Below are positions 49,806-61,860 of a stretch of DNA of 64,000 bases, one piece after another; within the stretch, counting starts at the first letter, position 1, and each line of letters starts with the position of its first letter. A program made the position numbers and the translations under genes. The notes under the pieces were generated by a model that made no database searches, had not been told where the DNA came from, and saw only the letters and a list, made by a program, of their open reading frames with translations. Where the stretch lies: contig CBFDEM010000001.1 in the NCBI GenBank assembly GCA_965603825.1, positions 310,001 to 374,000 of the forward strand, given 5' to 3'. Origin of the DNA: Blepharisma stoltei ATCC 30299. Lineage: Eukaryota > Protista > Ciliophora.

Positions 49806-52800
49806 CTATTCCCAATCTTCTTGTGATTTAAGCCTATTAATCTGCTCTTTAGAAGGCTTCTTATCCTTAAGCTGCGCTTTCTTAAACAATTCTTTTCTTC
49901 TTTTGATTTCAGCTTCAGTCAATTCGGGCTGCTCAGGGACTATAAGAGTTATCTTAATACCTTTCTTTGGACTCCCATCTTGCTTTAAAATTCCTTTTAC
50001 ACCAGATTCAGGACTAGGTAAATTGCGTACTGTGATTAAAGGAGAAGACTCTCCACCTTGATTTTCAGATCTTTGACTTGGAGACAGCTCAGCTTGGCTT
50101 AAATTTTCTATGCTTAATGGGGATTTACTGCCCTGAAGATTTAATTGCAATGGATTTATTTGAACTTTGTCGGGAGCTTGAATATCTTGTGAAGTCTTTT
50201 GTCGAGCTGGAGCTTGAAGATCTTGCGAAAATTTCCGCTGAACTGGGGATTGAGCGTTAGTGAACTTACGTTGGATCTCATTAAAGTATGGAGATTTGTC
50301 TGGGTCATCAGGAAATGAGACTAAGCTTTCTTGTTTTTTGGTTTCTTCTTCGCTTTCTCCATCGTTTGTGGTCTTAGGGATCCCATAGTATTTTCCTTCA
50401 AAAGGTTTAGTATCGATTGGCGGCTTTACTTTTTTTACCTTAGGCTTAGAAAATGGGCTATGAATTGGAGGCTTAGCTGAAGTGGTTTCATCTTCACTAC
50501 TTTCTTCTTCATCTTCTAGTAGTTCTGACTTAATAGTTGAGGTTTTGCCTTTGGTTTCTTCATTCAGCTCTTTTGCGAAATAATTTGGAATTTTGATACC
50601 TTTGTTGCCTTTGATTTCTCCATGAATGAAAATTCCAGCATATGCGCTACCATTTGGCCATGTTAAAACACCATACCCATGAGGCTCATCTTCAAAAAAT
50701 TCTCCGTTGTAAATACTGCCATCTTCAAGTTCCAACCTCCCTTTCCCATGCCGAACTCCTGATTGAAAATCTCCTTCATAAGTTCACTTTCCTGTTACCT
50801 CCGTTCCTTTTCCATGATATAGGTCATATTCCCAGTCTCCAACATAGCCTACTCCATTTGTTTTCCAAAGAGAGCCAAAGCCCAGCTTCATATCAAGTAC
50901 CCATCTACCTTCAAATACATCTCCTCTGATTGTTATAACTCTGCCAAGTCCGCATCGCTTATTATCTCTTCAAAATCCTTCATATAGATGATTTACGGTC
51001 AGCTCCATTCCTATGCCATGCCTTTTACCCTTTCTAGTTAATTGACCTTTATAATAAAGCCCTTTTTTACACTCAACTCAATCAGTGAAATATTTTGACC
51101 TTTTAGTTTTTTTAATATCTTTATCGTAATAAACGAATTTTCCTAAGGATTCTCTCATCCCAACAAGCAGCATATAATACCTTTCACTTATATCAGATAT
51201 TTTTGGTATATCAAAGAAATCAAACTCTTCCAGAACATCTTCAATAGACATCTGCTGATAATCTGTTGTCGGGCAATTATTTCTTTTAAGTGGTGATGCT
51301 AATCCTTCCAACTTTCGTTCTGCTAAATACAAATCAACTAGTTGATCTTCAACAAATGAATTTTCCCCACTTTCATCAGAACTGTCAACCATAATCTTAT
51401 CAAGCCTTCCTTTGTGGCGCTCTTTGCTAATATTTATATAGCTTGGCTCTTTAGCTGCTATATTAAACGACATGCTTTCGCTAAGCTCGCTTACAGATCT
51501 CTGCTCTTCTTTGCTTTCTTCTAGCTCGTCTTTACTTTCTTCTACATCTCTAGATATAGACGATCTGATATCAGCAGAAATCTGAGATGAATTTAAGCTT
51601 TGATTCGAAGGTAAATCTTTTTTTCTAGACAGCTGCTCTAGCAGCTTATCTAGGTCAACTGGTGGCTCCTCTCCTGCACTTTTATATTTTTTTACATTTA
51701 TACTGCTAAATGTATTTTTCGGAAGATTTAAAGACGGCATGTACTCTGGGTAATCTTTTTCAGAGTCTAAGTCCACACTGACTTTTAAGGCTTCTTCATT
51801 TTTGGTGTTAACTGTTTCACCTTTTTTAGGTATCTTTTTGGTCTCTTTAAGATCAGACTGTGAAAAGCTCTCACTTTGAGCACTTGATGATGTGTCTACT
51901 TTTATTTGTGGCCCAGTTATTTTTCGCTCTTTCTTTTTAGCTGGTGATTTTTCTATTTCTGCTGCTTCTTTTTTAGAAGATGCCATACTTCCTTTATCTG
52001 GTTTATTCTCTAAGGCTTCTTCTCTAAATGATGATTGGACACTGCTTCTTTTGCTGTCTATTTCTGCTTTTATGTCTTTAGGTTTTATTGGGGTGCGAAT
52101 ATTTACCTTGCTATCATTAACTGACGATCTCTGTGACTGATTTATGGATGAATTTGGAAGTTCAATTTCAGCTTTTGGCTTGATAAGGAGTTCTGGGGCT
52201 TTGACTTTTGAAGCTTTTAGGCCATCAAAATCTCTTGGATGCAGCACCTGAGGGATCTTTATTTCGAAACTTGAAGAATCGCCATCTAGCGTTTGCATTT
52301 TCACTTCTGGTTGTGGCTTGCTTTTTCCTTCAGGGTCAAAAATGCTATCTTCTTTTTTATTTGTTAAAAACTCCAATGTGCCTGGGCCTCGGAATAAGTC
52401 TCCTCCTTTGATATCTTCTGAGTGGAAAGATATAGACTCTTCACCTTCTCTTTGTTGAAATTCGCCAATTGAAATCTTTGGTTTTGAGTCGCTTGAGCTT
52501 GTGTCTTGGAAGACTCCTTTTGCTTTGGATGTTATGCTTTTTTTAGGCTTTGATTGGCTAAGAGAGACTAAAAGCTCTTCATCACTTTCTGATAACGCTT
52601 TACTTTGTTCTTCAGAAGCCTTACTCACTGAAAGTGAGCTTTTTTCGCTTTTGATTTCATTTATTAGTTTTCCATCTCTCCATATCCCAACTATTGATGG
52701 CTTGCCTGGCTGAGCGAGCTCTCCTTTTCCATGCATTTTGTCGTTTTCCCACAGCCCTTTATAGATTTTTCCATCTATCCATTGCATAGTCCCAAATCCA

Positions 52801-53522
52801 TGGATTTTTCCTTTTGAAAAATTTCCTCTATAAGTTTTTTCTTTTGGCCATATCAAGTGCCCAGTACCATTCATCATCTCATTAAGCCATTCTCCTTCAT
52901 ACTGCCTTCCATCTGGCCATATAAATAATCCTTTATCAGATCTATTATCATTTTTAAAGTTCCCTTTATAAATAGAGCCATCTGCATAGGTAAATTCCCC
53001 ATAGCCTTTTTTAACTCCATTGCTGAATTCTCCCACATATTTGCCTCTGCTAGAAATTTCTGTTCCTCTGCCATGGGGAATTTTATCTTTAACGCTCCCT
53101 TCATATGATTTCCCATTACTCCAGTTTATTTTTGCGTGGCCAACTAATATTTTCCCATTCCATTCGCCTTCATAGGCAGTCCCATTGCTATCGATAAACC
53201 GTCCTTGCCCCATTGGACTCATTTGTCTGAAAAATCCTTCAAAAATTTCACCAGTTTTATATAGCATGACTCCAAATCCAGTTTCAGTGTCTGGATCAAC
53301 AGTCCCAGAAAAGACCCCATCAAAGGTTTCGCCTGTCTTGCAAGATGGTCCTAAGCCGATTTGGTCAGCAGAAAATGGACCTAAAGTCGAATAAGTTTTT
53401 CTGACAGTTTTTGATATATAGAGAGGATATTTCTGGAATAGCTCTAGTACAATGTCGCCAGGTGGCTGCAAGGTTGGAGTGATTTGGTTTTTCTTGTCTG
53501 AATTTTCAACTTTAATAGACAT
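49806..53522 (-). CDS. MORN-repeat protein with two MORN arrays, ~1238 aa
   Basis: YEGEW/GxG repeats in both halves; ORFs 51078-53522 and 49806-50735 join through three TGA; TAG stop. Confidence 0.88.
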
Positions 53523-53607
53523 TTAATAACTAACCAAACTAGCTGTTTTAATATTTTAATATAAGTTTATAATCGAGAGCGTTGATATTGGAAAGGAAAT
53601 CGTTAAA

Positions 53608-55107
53608 TTATCTGCCAAACCAACCTTTGACTGATGAAAAGAATCCTTTTGGCTTTGCTTTTTCTTGCAGATTCGGATACTCAATGCTGTCAATTGCCAA
53701 GTCATAAAAGACAGGCTTGCAGCTGATAGGCTGCAATGCAGGAGGGAAATCTTCTTTCTTCGAAACTAGCTTAAGTGCAGAAATATCAGGAACTTCGTCT
53801 CTAAGCGCTAAGGCTGCTTCTAGCTTGGCTTCTAACACCTTAACCTCGTCAGTTTTTCCACCTAGCTCATCACATCTCTGTAAAAGTGCATAAGCTTCCA
53901 ATAGTCTATCACTATACAAATTGACCAAACTCATATAATAAGCTCTCTTAGCCCTGATTTCGTTTTCCCTCGTGTCATCTTCTAAAGCTTTTAAGCTTGT
54001 TAATATGGTATCATAAATTTTCACAATTTCTTGAGGCTTTCCTTTGACTCTTCCTCCTTTTATCGCAATGTCGATTTCGTCTTCGAATTTTTCTTCAGCT
54101 TGCCGTGCCAGTTCTAAATTTCTTTCTACAACTCTACCTTTCTTGATTTGTTGGATCGCTTCTAAGAGTTGGCCCCAAATCGCGGCTTCTCCAACGTCTC
54201 CTGATGCCTGGCTTTCATCTTTGTCTTTTTTGATATATCTGCAAGCTTCATCATAATATCCGAATGCTTCTGTATATAAATCCAGTTTATTGCTTGCTCT
54301 TTCTAAAGCCATGAATACTTCTTCTGCTTTCTGCAATGCAAGCCTTGCTTTTTCGTTCCTAACTGTGTAGCTTTTCCCTTTAATGTTGATCTCTCCTGCA
54401 TTTTGTACTCTTTGCTGCCTGGATTCTGCCAATAAACTTTCTATTTGGGCGTTAAGGAGTTCAGATTCTGGAGATTGCGAAAATTTCAAGTCAAGTAGCT
54501 CTTGGGTGGAGACTGAGTTTCCCAATTGATGTTGGCAGTACCTAATCATTGGCTCTAAGCTTGATAATTTCTGTTGGATTGCGACAACTTCTATAGTATC
54601 AGCGACTTCTGATAGCCTTTGATATACAGCTTGAGAGGCTAAAAATGAATCTCGAGCTTTTTCCCAGTGCTGCTGCTCTAGATCTAGATATCCAGTCATT
54701 AAGGACTTATAAGCTTGAGCTTCAAGAGTACTTTTTACGTCTCCAACGGCATTTACAGCGTGTTCTAATGCTTCACTCCATTTGACAGCTTTGCGAAGTC
54801 TGGTTAATAGATGCCTTTTTGCTTTGGCTGATGATGATAAGGATAGATGCTGCCTTAGCTGCATAGCATAGCTCCATGATCTTTCTGCATTATACAGAAG
54901 CATTAAGATATACCTTGAGTCTTGGCATAGGTCTGTTGTGATTTGCTTTTGCTGGAATTTTCCTCTTCCAAAAGTAAATTTAGCGGATTTTCGGAGCCGA
55001 CGAAGTTTTTGAGCACAGTATCTACGATATCTTAAGTAATCAGAGTGTCTGAGCCCGTTTTGGGTCTGGGAAGCTTTTACAGTCTCAATAATCTCTACTT
55101 TGACCAT
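53608..55107 (-). CDS. SRP68: Signal recognition particle subunit SRP68, 499 aa
   Basis: QNGLRHSDYLRYRRYCAQKLRRLRK, AERSWSYAMQL, PISCKPVFYDLA, GFFSSVKGWFGR. Confidence 0.95.
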   Translation of the reverse strand: MVKVEIIETVKASQTQNGLRHSDYLRYRRYCAQKLRRLRKSAKFTFGRGKFQQKQITTDLCQDSRYILMLLYNAERSWSYAMQLRQHLSLSSSAKAKRHLLTRLRKAVKWSEALEHAVNAVGDVKSTLEAQAYKSLMTGYLDLEQQHWEKARDSFLASQAVYQRLSEVADTIEVVAIQQKLSSLEPMIRYCQHQLGNSVSTQELLDLKFSQSPESELLNAQIESLLAESRQQRVQNAGEINIKGKSYTVRNEKARLALQKAEEVFMALERASNKLDLYTEAFGYYDEACRYIKKDKDESQASGDVGEAAIWGQLLEAIQQIKKGRVVERNLELARQAEEKFEDEIDIAIKGGRVKGKPQEIVKIYDTILTSLKALEDDTRENEIRAKRAYYMSLVNLYSDRLLEAYALLQRCDELGGKTDEVKVLEAKLEAALALRDEVPDISALKLVSKKEDFPPALQPISCKPVFYDLAIDSIEYPNLQEKAKPKGFFSSVKGWFGR

Positions 55108-55386
55108 TTTTAGTTAACTAATCATATAACTATCTTTAATGCCCCAGATTTGATTATACAGTCTGTATCCGTACTATTAAGCATTTTAAGTGGCATATTA
55201 TAACCAAATATCAGAAAATTAACTTTTAATTTACTCAATAAATATTAGCCTGCAATAAGCAAAATTACTGAAATTACTTGATCTTCAGCTTAAATCATAT
55301 AAAAATATTTCTATCCTTTAGCATTTATTTATAATAATATGAATAATAATATTTTCCCATAAAAAGCATAATCGTTAAATTTAAAA

Positions 55387-56490
55387 ATGTTATCGCAAGT
55401 TGAATCCCTAAACAGAAGAAAATTCAACAAAACTCAAAACAAAACTCGTATAAAAGAGCTCAGTATAAGCAACCAGGATTTTCCAAACGAAACAATTCAA
55501 CTTGGCAACTTGACCCCTTCTATCAACGTTCAGTCACGAATAAGGCCCAAATACATACAAAGGCCTTTAGCACAGAAGAATATCAATTCTCCAAAATGTT
55601 CATCAAGTTTTAAATTCAAATTTGAAGATAATGACGAAGTTTCCCGTTCTTTCAATAATACCATACGATTCTCCAATTCCAAAAAGGAAAATTTTAAATC
55701 GCCGATCATCAATTCCCCTCGATCTCTGAATTCTTCAATGAAGCTTAACCAAATCGTAAAGCAGGTCAAGTCTGTCGGACTTTCAGGGGAACTTGCATAC
55801 AAAGAGCACCTGTTCCAAACCTTCCAAGCTATGAAATTTATAAAAAACATTAAACCTATAGACCCAGAAGCTCTAAGGCTAAAAACAGTCAATCTTCCAA
55901 GGAGAAAAGGATATGAAAACGCAAAAACTGTTATTTTTGACCTAGATGAAACATTGGTGCACTGCTGTGAAAATCCGTTAGACGCGGATATTCCACTAAC
56001 AGTAACTTTTCCGAATGGAGATACGCTTGATGTAGGGATAAATGTCAGGCCTTATGCTAGGGAATGCTTGCTTGCAGCTTGCCAACAATTTGAAGTAATT
56101 GTATATACTGCATCCCAGCAGTGTTATGCTGACGAAGTCCTCGATTATTTAGACCCAAGCAGAGAAATTATTCATCATAGGCTTTATAGAGAAAGATGTG
56201 TGGTTAACGAAGGGGTTTATATAAAAGATTTAAGAGTCATAGGCAATAGACGGCTTAAAGATATGCTCATAATTGATAACTCAGCTTATAGCTTTGCTCA
56301 TCAGATTGATAATGGAATTCCGATAATTTCATGATATAATGATAGCGATGACAGGGAGCTTTATAAGCTGATCGATTATTTGAAAGTAGTTGCAAAGAGT
56401 AATGATGTCAGGAGTGTAAATAGGCAGACGTTCCATTTGGAATCGTTTTATGACGATTATATGCATGATTTTATGCGTAAGGAAAATTAA
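55387..56490 (+). CDS. SCP/CTDSP-like (NIF/FCP1-homology) phosphatase, ~367 aa
   Basis: FDLDETLVH, NVRPY, YIKDL, IIDNS, NGIPIIS-W(TGA)-YND..DREL; TAA 56488-56490. Confidence 0.92.
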
Positions 56491-56697
56491 AGGAAATGCT
56501 TGATGCATTTATAAGCTAAACGATATGCTGATAAAGATAATCTTACTTTAAACATAAATTGATATATTCCTCTATAAATTTGTATGCTGTTTTAGAAATA
56601 CTAATATTAATCTGGTCAATGTATGGGATATTTGTTAGCTTTATTTATTTTAAATCATTTTTCCAAAATACTAGAATTATCATAAATAACGTATAGC

Positions 56698-57420
56698 ATG
56701 TCATCTTTTACTTTAAACTCTATAACAAAACTTGACAATCTCCCTACACCTGACCAATATGCTCTAGTCCTCAATTCAATCCGACAAAAAATTTCTCTTA
56801 TCAAGTCTTCTCTCCCTTCACTGAAGAAACTTCCCAAAGAAAAGCGAGTCCAAGTCCATTTCAATCTCCAATCAGCCAATGAGCTGGCAGGAAAGCTGCA
56901 AACCAGCATTTTGAAGCTCAGTGACAAGGAAAAACCTCAATACTCTAAATGGAAACGGGAGCTTGAAAAAGAAGTCAAAGAAATCCAAAAAATTGCTGAA
57001 GAAATCGTTAAAATAGAAGAAGTGCTTCATATTGATACAGCAGAACCTACAGAGGAAGACACACTTTTGGAAAGTCCACAACAACAGAACATGAATTTTG
57101 AGCTACAGTTGCATCATGATATTTTGCAAGAAAGAGATGAGAAAATAAGTAGGATTTCGCAAGCAATTAGAACGGTTAATGGGTTATTAAAAGATGTAAG
57201 CGAAATGGTGCTGGAGCAAGGAGAAGTCTTAGACTTAATAGAAACTAATGTTGAAAAATCAGTGGACAGAAGCAAAAAAGCAATAAATGAACTTTCTAAG
57301 GCTGAAAAACAAAATAAGGTAGGAAGGATGAGATATTGCCTGGTTGCGATACTGGCTGTATGCCTGGTGTTTTTTAGCTCACTGCTGACTTTGAATTATT
57401 ATAAAAGCACTAATCAATAA
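56698..57420 (+). CDS. Syntaxin (Qa-SNARE), 240 aa
   Basis: SNARE motif ERDEKISRI..VLEQGEVLDLIETNVE and C-terminal TM. Confidence 0.88.
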   Translation: MSSFTLNSITKLDNLPTPDQYALVLNSIRQKISLIKSSLPSLKKLPKEKRVQVHFNLQSANELAGKLQTSILKLSDKEKPQYSKWKRELEKEVKEIQKIAEEIVKIEEVLHIDTAEPTEEDTLLESPQQQNMNFELQLHHDILQERDEKISRISQAIRTVNGLLKDVSEMVLEQGEVLDLIETNVEKSVDRSKKAINELSKAEKQNKVGRMRYCLVAILAVCLVFFSSLLTLNYYKSTNQ

Positions 57421-57438
57421 AATATGATATGATTATAA

Positions 57439-57933
57439 ATGGTAGACAAAAAAGTAACTTGGCTAGGAAGATATAGAGTGGCCACCGCATTGACATTAGG
57501 AGTCTTAGAGCTTGCGTATGTGATCGCATTGACGCTAGTTTTATTATCAAATGAAAATGATTGTGATATGCCGATACGACTTTGGCTTCAAGTTTTATTA
57601 TCTGTCTTCTGCTTTCATTTGATTTTATTAGTCATTTCTGAAATCAGCACTCCACATTGTCCTTATTATTTATCAAGCTTGCTAAGTGTATTCTCAGCTT
57701 CTTTAAATGCAATATTAGGGACTTTTATGGTTGTGTGGCTTATTTTAGGGAATATTTGGTATTATAGTGTCAACGATTCTTGTAAAACAGACTTTTATGA
57801 AGGATATATGGCGACATTTGTGATTTTAGTTGTTTATTATGTATTTCTGGCATCAGCATGCTGTATGGGATGCTTGTTGATAATAATGATTAGTCTTGGG
57901 AGTGGGATTACCAATAAAGCTGCTGATTATTAA
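57439..57933 (+). CDS. Small 4-TM protein resembling the TM module of RING E3 ligases, 164 aa
   Basis: CDMPIRLWL, WLILGNIWYY, Cys-rich last helix; no RING. Confidence 0.78.
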   Translation: MVDKKVTWLGRYRVATALTLGVLELAYVIALTLVLLSNENDCDMPIRLWLQVLLSVFCFHLILLVISEISTPHCPYYLSSLLSVFSASLNAILGTFMVVWLILGNIWYYSVNDSCKTDFYEGYMATFVILVVYYVFLASACCMGCLLIIMISLGSGITNKAADY

Positions 57934-58072
57934 GAGATTAAGAGCCATACTTATTTTCAGGATTCAAGCACACATACAATAGAATTATGCTTTTATCTAA
58001 TTAATCCTTAAAATAAGTTTTTATTTGGTAAACTCCATTTTCTAATATATTGGTTAAGCATTAAATAAAAAT

Positions 58073-59929
58073 TTATCTTCTTGTGCGAGATCTTGCTCTT
58101 ACTTCAGGAATTTCAGCCAATTGGCTACTATTTGTAGGCTCTTCATATCTATAAGTAACAGTTCTTGCAAATTTAACACTACTTCGCTTCTGGTCTCTAG
58201 AATTTTTCCCACTTTTTTCCGCTACAGGAATTTGTGTCTCAGCTTTTTGTATAGCTTTCTTGCCAGAAAAATTTGCTAAAGAACTACTAATTGCACTATT
58301 GCTTGAGCTGCTTCTTTTTCTGCCTGGATCTCTTGGTTTTTTATGCTTTTTGTGTCCATCTCTAATGTTAGTTTTATTTTCTTTAAAAAAGCTTGGGTCC
58401 ACTCCTAAAATTAAATGCCAATTTTTCCTATTGTTTTCAGCAGCTTTCATTATATCCTTTAGTTCATTAGGAAAAGAATATAATAAAAAAACAGGTCTTT
58501 TAGGCATGACATCGCTCATATCGACTTTTTTACCTGTTAGTGCTTGTTCAATTTCTTTAAAATTCCTCTGCATGGCTAGCTCTATTTCCATTTCTTTGCA
58601 CAGCTGCTTATGCTTTATCATCGCTCTTGCATAAGCTTTGAGCTTTTTCTTTAAATACTGCTTTACATATATTGTTTTTATTATTTCAGGAATTACGTTA
58701 TCCTTACTTTCTGTAATAAAGCTCTTATTCCGATCATCCATATCTATCTTATCTCACTGCTTTTTAAGTACTCTAACTCTGGATAAATAAATTTTTGCTA
58801 GAGATTTCATTGTTCTCTTTAAGAAATTCATTTTTAGTTTCCATTTACGAGCACTTATAGGTAAACTTCTAGCAGTAAGCACTCTGTCTATCAAATCCAA
58901 TATAACGCTTCCTTTTTCATAGCGCTTTTTTTCTACTCATCTTCTCAAAAATGGAGTAAAAATAATTCTTAATTTGTCATGGGTTTTGGACTTTCTTACT
59001 CTTTTCAAACTTTGCAGAAATTTTCCAAGTGCTCTGCTAAATCCTCAAAGACGTTTTATATATAAAGCAATTTTTCTTTTTACTATCCTTCTCTTTCTTA
59101 GCTGCACTTTTAATATCGATAAAACTCCAAGATTTATTATTAAAAAGCTCCAATTCTTTTGTAATGCAATGAATTCTTTTCTGTGGATCCTCTGCTCATA
59201 TTTCCTGAATTTTTCTTCTAGCTGTCTTTCCCTATGTTCGTGAATGCACTCTACAATGTTATTTTTAGTTTGTTTTGTCAGGCACTCTTGGATATTTTTT
59301 TCTTTGGCTTTTTTTTGAAGAATTTCTTTCTTATTCTTTGGACTATATTGAGATAAATTTTTCTCTACCAATTTTTTGATTTTTTCATCAGCTTCTTTTT
59401 TCCTCTCTGTAGAAATAAATCGACTTTGTATACTACTTAATATGTGCTCTTTTGTTTGCACAAAAGGTCGAGGAGTTGATGAAAATTGAAAAGAAGGGCC
59501 AGATTTTTGGCTTGGAGAATTATAGGAGCCTGGACCTAGTCGTTTTCCTGCGTCATTTTCGTTGTATACGACTTTTGGAGTTGACGATTTTTCTCTTGTA
59601 GAGATTTTAAACTTTGTTGGGGTAAACGAAGAGATTATTTTTAAAGGATTCTCTGGGATTAAGATTTTTGCTGAATTTTGATTAAATGTGTAATCTGTAT
59701 TTGAGTCTGAGGTCAAAATGCTTAAATCAGTTTGGTAGTTATTTTGAGTACTCAATAATTTCGATATGATTTTCATTTGTGCTCGGCTTTTTTCAGCGAA
59801 TTTTCCAATGCTTGATTGAAGTCTATCTTGCCCATCCATTGTTTTGTTTAGCTTTCTTAATGAGCTGTCAAAATCAGGGGTTTTCGAACGATAAACAGAT
59901 TTTAAAACATTTCTTTCTGAAAAATTCAT
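58073..59929 (-). CDS. Basic hypothetical protein with one PGPGxY-like (SHIPPO-type) motif, ~618 aa
   Basis: ORFs 59045-59929 and 58073-58741 join through three TGA; LGPGSYN..GPSFQF. Confidence 0.75.
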
Positions 59930-60216
59930 TAAAAATTATCACAGCTTTTGAGGTTATTTCACAATAAATCAAATTTATTAAGCATTATAAAGAATTCAGG
60001 TAAGATGTATAATAATATTTTATTTATTTATTATCAATAGACAATTCTGAAATATGATTAAAAATGATTATTTTGAGAAGATTAAATATTTAATGATAAT
60101 AATATAAAAATCAAATACTAAAATCGGCTACTCAATATTTCAAAAATTTAAACGTATTTTTATTGCATTACCTTAGATATACCAAACTGCTTCTCATTTA
60201 AAACAGTATTAGCATT

Positions 60217-61800
60217 TTAAGAAAATTCAAATATTTCGGGCATAGACGAATCTTCCATATTGCATTCATTATCTTCCAAATCGAAATACTTTTTTATAAT
60301 TTGTTCAACAATCGCTCGTATCTTAAGGTTCATATGATTATACAAATTTTCAATCCTCTCAATGCAATTGGCTAAATGCAAAGCTCCAATTGAAATATTT
60401 AGCTGTGGATCTGAGCTTCCTGCTTTTGTTCTTCCACAATCCAAAGCTCTTTCAACAAATTCTAATAAATTTATTATTATTTTTGGATCAATTTCATTTA
60501 ACGTTTCCCTGAAGTAAATAAACACATTTTGCTCAACCAAAAATAAAATATCATTATCAGTCGCAACATTTGCTATATTTCTTATAATAAATGAGGCTTC
60601 CCTTTTCACTTCAAAATGCTTATCAACTAATAGCTTCATTATTCTTTGGCAGACTGGATGATGAATAAGGCAGCCTAGTTGCTCTTTTGTCCCTCCAGCA
60701 ATATTACTGAGTGTGTATGCTACATCTTTTCTTATTGATAAAATATTACTTCCTCCTTGTGAAGCAAGGACGTCTAATATATTTGAATCAAGTAATAGTT
60801 GTGTATGGTGGTCATCTCCAGATGATATATTTCCAATTGTCTTAATTGCAGAAACGCTCAAAGATTTATTATTTGAAGCCAAAGCTGAAATTATTTTCTG
60901 TAAAAATCCAGCATTGATAACTAATTGAATTCGCTTATTATCCCCATCTGTAATCGTGTTTAAACCTTCAAGAATATATTTCTGCATTGGCGCATTTTCT
61001 ATTTTTATTAAATATTTGAAAATTGTGATGATTTTTTCATAGATTGAGTAAGGCACAGGAGTTTTATATGCAATCAAGTTAGAGCTGCATCATGCCAAGC
61101 TTTCTAATGTGGCCATGGGAAGTGAATTTCAATTTTTCACAAGATAATCTAGTAAAATTTCATGCAAATGGTAAACATTTACTAAAATATCCCTATACTT
61201 GTTTTGATCAATGCATATATTTCCAATAGCCAAAATTGCATTTTCATTTGATAATGGCTTAAATTCTTGCAGAGACTCTATCAAAATTGGTATAAGATTT
61301 GAACTAACAAGCCTATCTACTATAGGTTTTTCCATAGAAGCAAGATTACTTATAGTCCAAACTGCCTCAGACTCTAAAGAATCTGGATATCCAGTCCCTA
61401 TAAAGCTTGTCAGCTTGTCAATATATTCTTCTCGCAGCTCTGGAAGCAGTTCAGTAGATTTAGAAAACTGTTTTAAAGTCCTGCGAAAAGACTTCAAGGA
61501 ATAAACAATTTTTTCATGTGTATCTGCTGTGATTCAGTATGAATATATTGCTAAGAGTTTTTCTTTGGGATTTAGCAAAGAAAAATTGGGCATTTCATTT
61601 TCATCTTCTGTTTCTTCAGTTCTATCATCTAATCTAAGCCTTTTCTTTTGGAAAAAATCTTTTCTCTGGTCTTTCCTTAGCTTGACACTATAATTTTCGT
61701 TTCTTTTCATAAGATTCATTGGGTCTAAGGCCATAAAATTCGAGTTTCTTTGCTCGAATCTGCTGGAGTTGTCTATTTTATTGTCGGTGCAGTCAATCAT
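60217..61800 (-). CDS. Divergent importin-alpha, ~527 aa
   Basis: IBB-like LRKDQRKDFFQKKR, ARM repeats EAVWTISNLAS and IGNISSGDDHHTQ, C-terminal IIKKYF..FEF; three TGA read-throughs. Confidence 0.88.
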
Positions 61801-61860
61801 TTTAATATAAAATAAAGCGGGCAATATGCAATTATATAATTTCTTAACTTATATATAATT

